From contig CAIIXF020000001.1 in NCBI GenBank assembly GCA_903813345.2, forward strand, positions 10,044,001-10,108,000: DNA of 64,000 nucleotides. The letters are read 5' to 3'. A program made the translations under genes and the position numbers. How positions within the stretch are numbered: position 1 is the first letter of the stretch; each line of letters opens with the position of its first letter. The notes beneath the pieces are model-generated. The model was not told the origin of the DNA. It saw nothing but the letters and a program-made list of their open reading frames with translations, and searched no databases. The DNA is from Owenia fusiformis. Its lineage: Eukaryota. Positions 63,571 through 64,000 of this stretch are shown here, piece after piece.

Positions 63571-64000
63571 GTCTTTATGCATCTCACACAGAAAGTTTAT
63601 TTTTGAGCGATTTGGATTATGGACGTTCAAGTTATCCATACATCTTTCTAATTAGGTAGAGGCATGGTCATTTATCCCACGATCATTGATTGTGGAATGT
63701 GTATGAAAACCTTATTTCTTTTATAGCATGGACTTCTGGCTGGAATAAGCCCATGATAAGCAGAAATAAATAAAACAGAAGTCGATTTTCTTATTTTATT
63801 TTTTATAATTGTACATTTAATTTCGTTGTGGATAAGTATGTAAAATTAATAATAAGCCTTTTTATGTTTGCATTTTTATTTGCATTATCTGTAAAGAAAA
63901 ATTTAATTTAGGGCTGAAAATACAAATTGAAATCATTTCCAGAAATTACAATAGACATATCTGATGGATTTTTGAAAATCAAAATTCCCATGTAAACCAA

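Overview
AT-rich, intron-rich eukaryotic DNA, probably from a marine invertebrate; the taxon cannot be determined from the sequence alone. Three spliced genes were rebuilt by hand with consistent exon phases. (1) vasa/DDX4 (+, CDS 3052-14875, 11 coding exons, about 805 aa) has FG/RG repeats and six CCHC knuckles. (2) A ClC-2-type chloride channel (+, 17876-56343, about 834 aa) shows candidate alternative first exons, a 9-nt microexon and an alternative last exon. (3) LEXM/CIMAP2 (-, 63177-58934, 9 exons, about 427 aa). One 14.5-kb intron of the ClC gene contains an antisense tandem array of intronless class A GPCRs: four open copies, one frameshifted copy and one LINE-interrupted fragment. Introns hold many non-autonomous transposons (several nested), LINE fragments and a recurring hairpin-plus-short-inverted-repeat element type. 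No CRISPR array, rRNA or convincing functional tRNA was seen.
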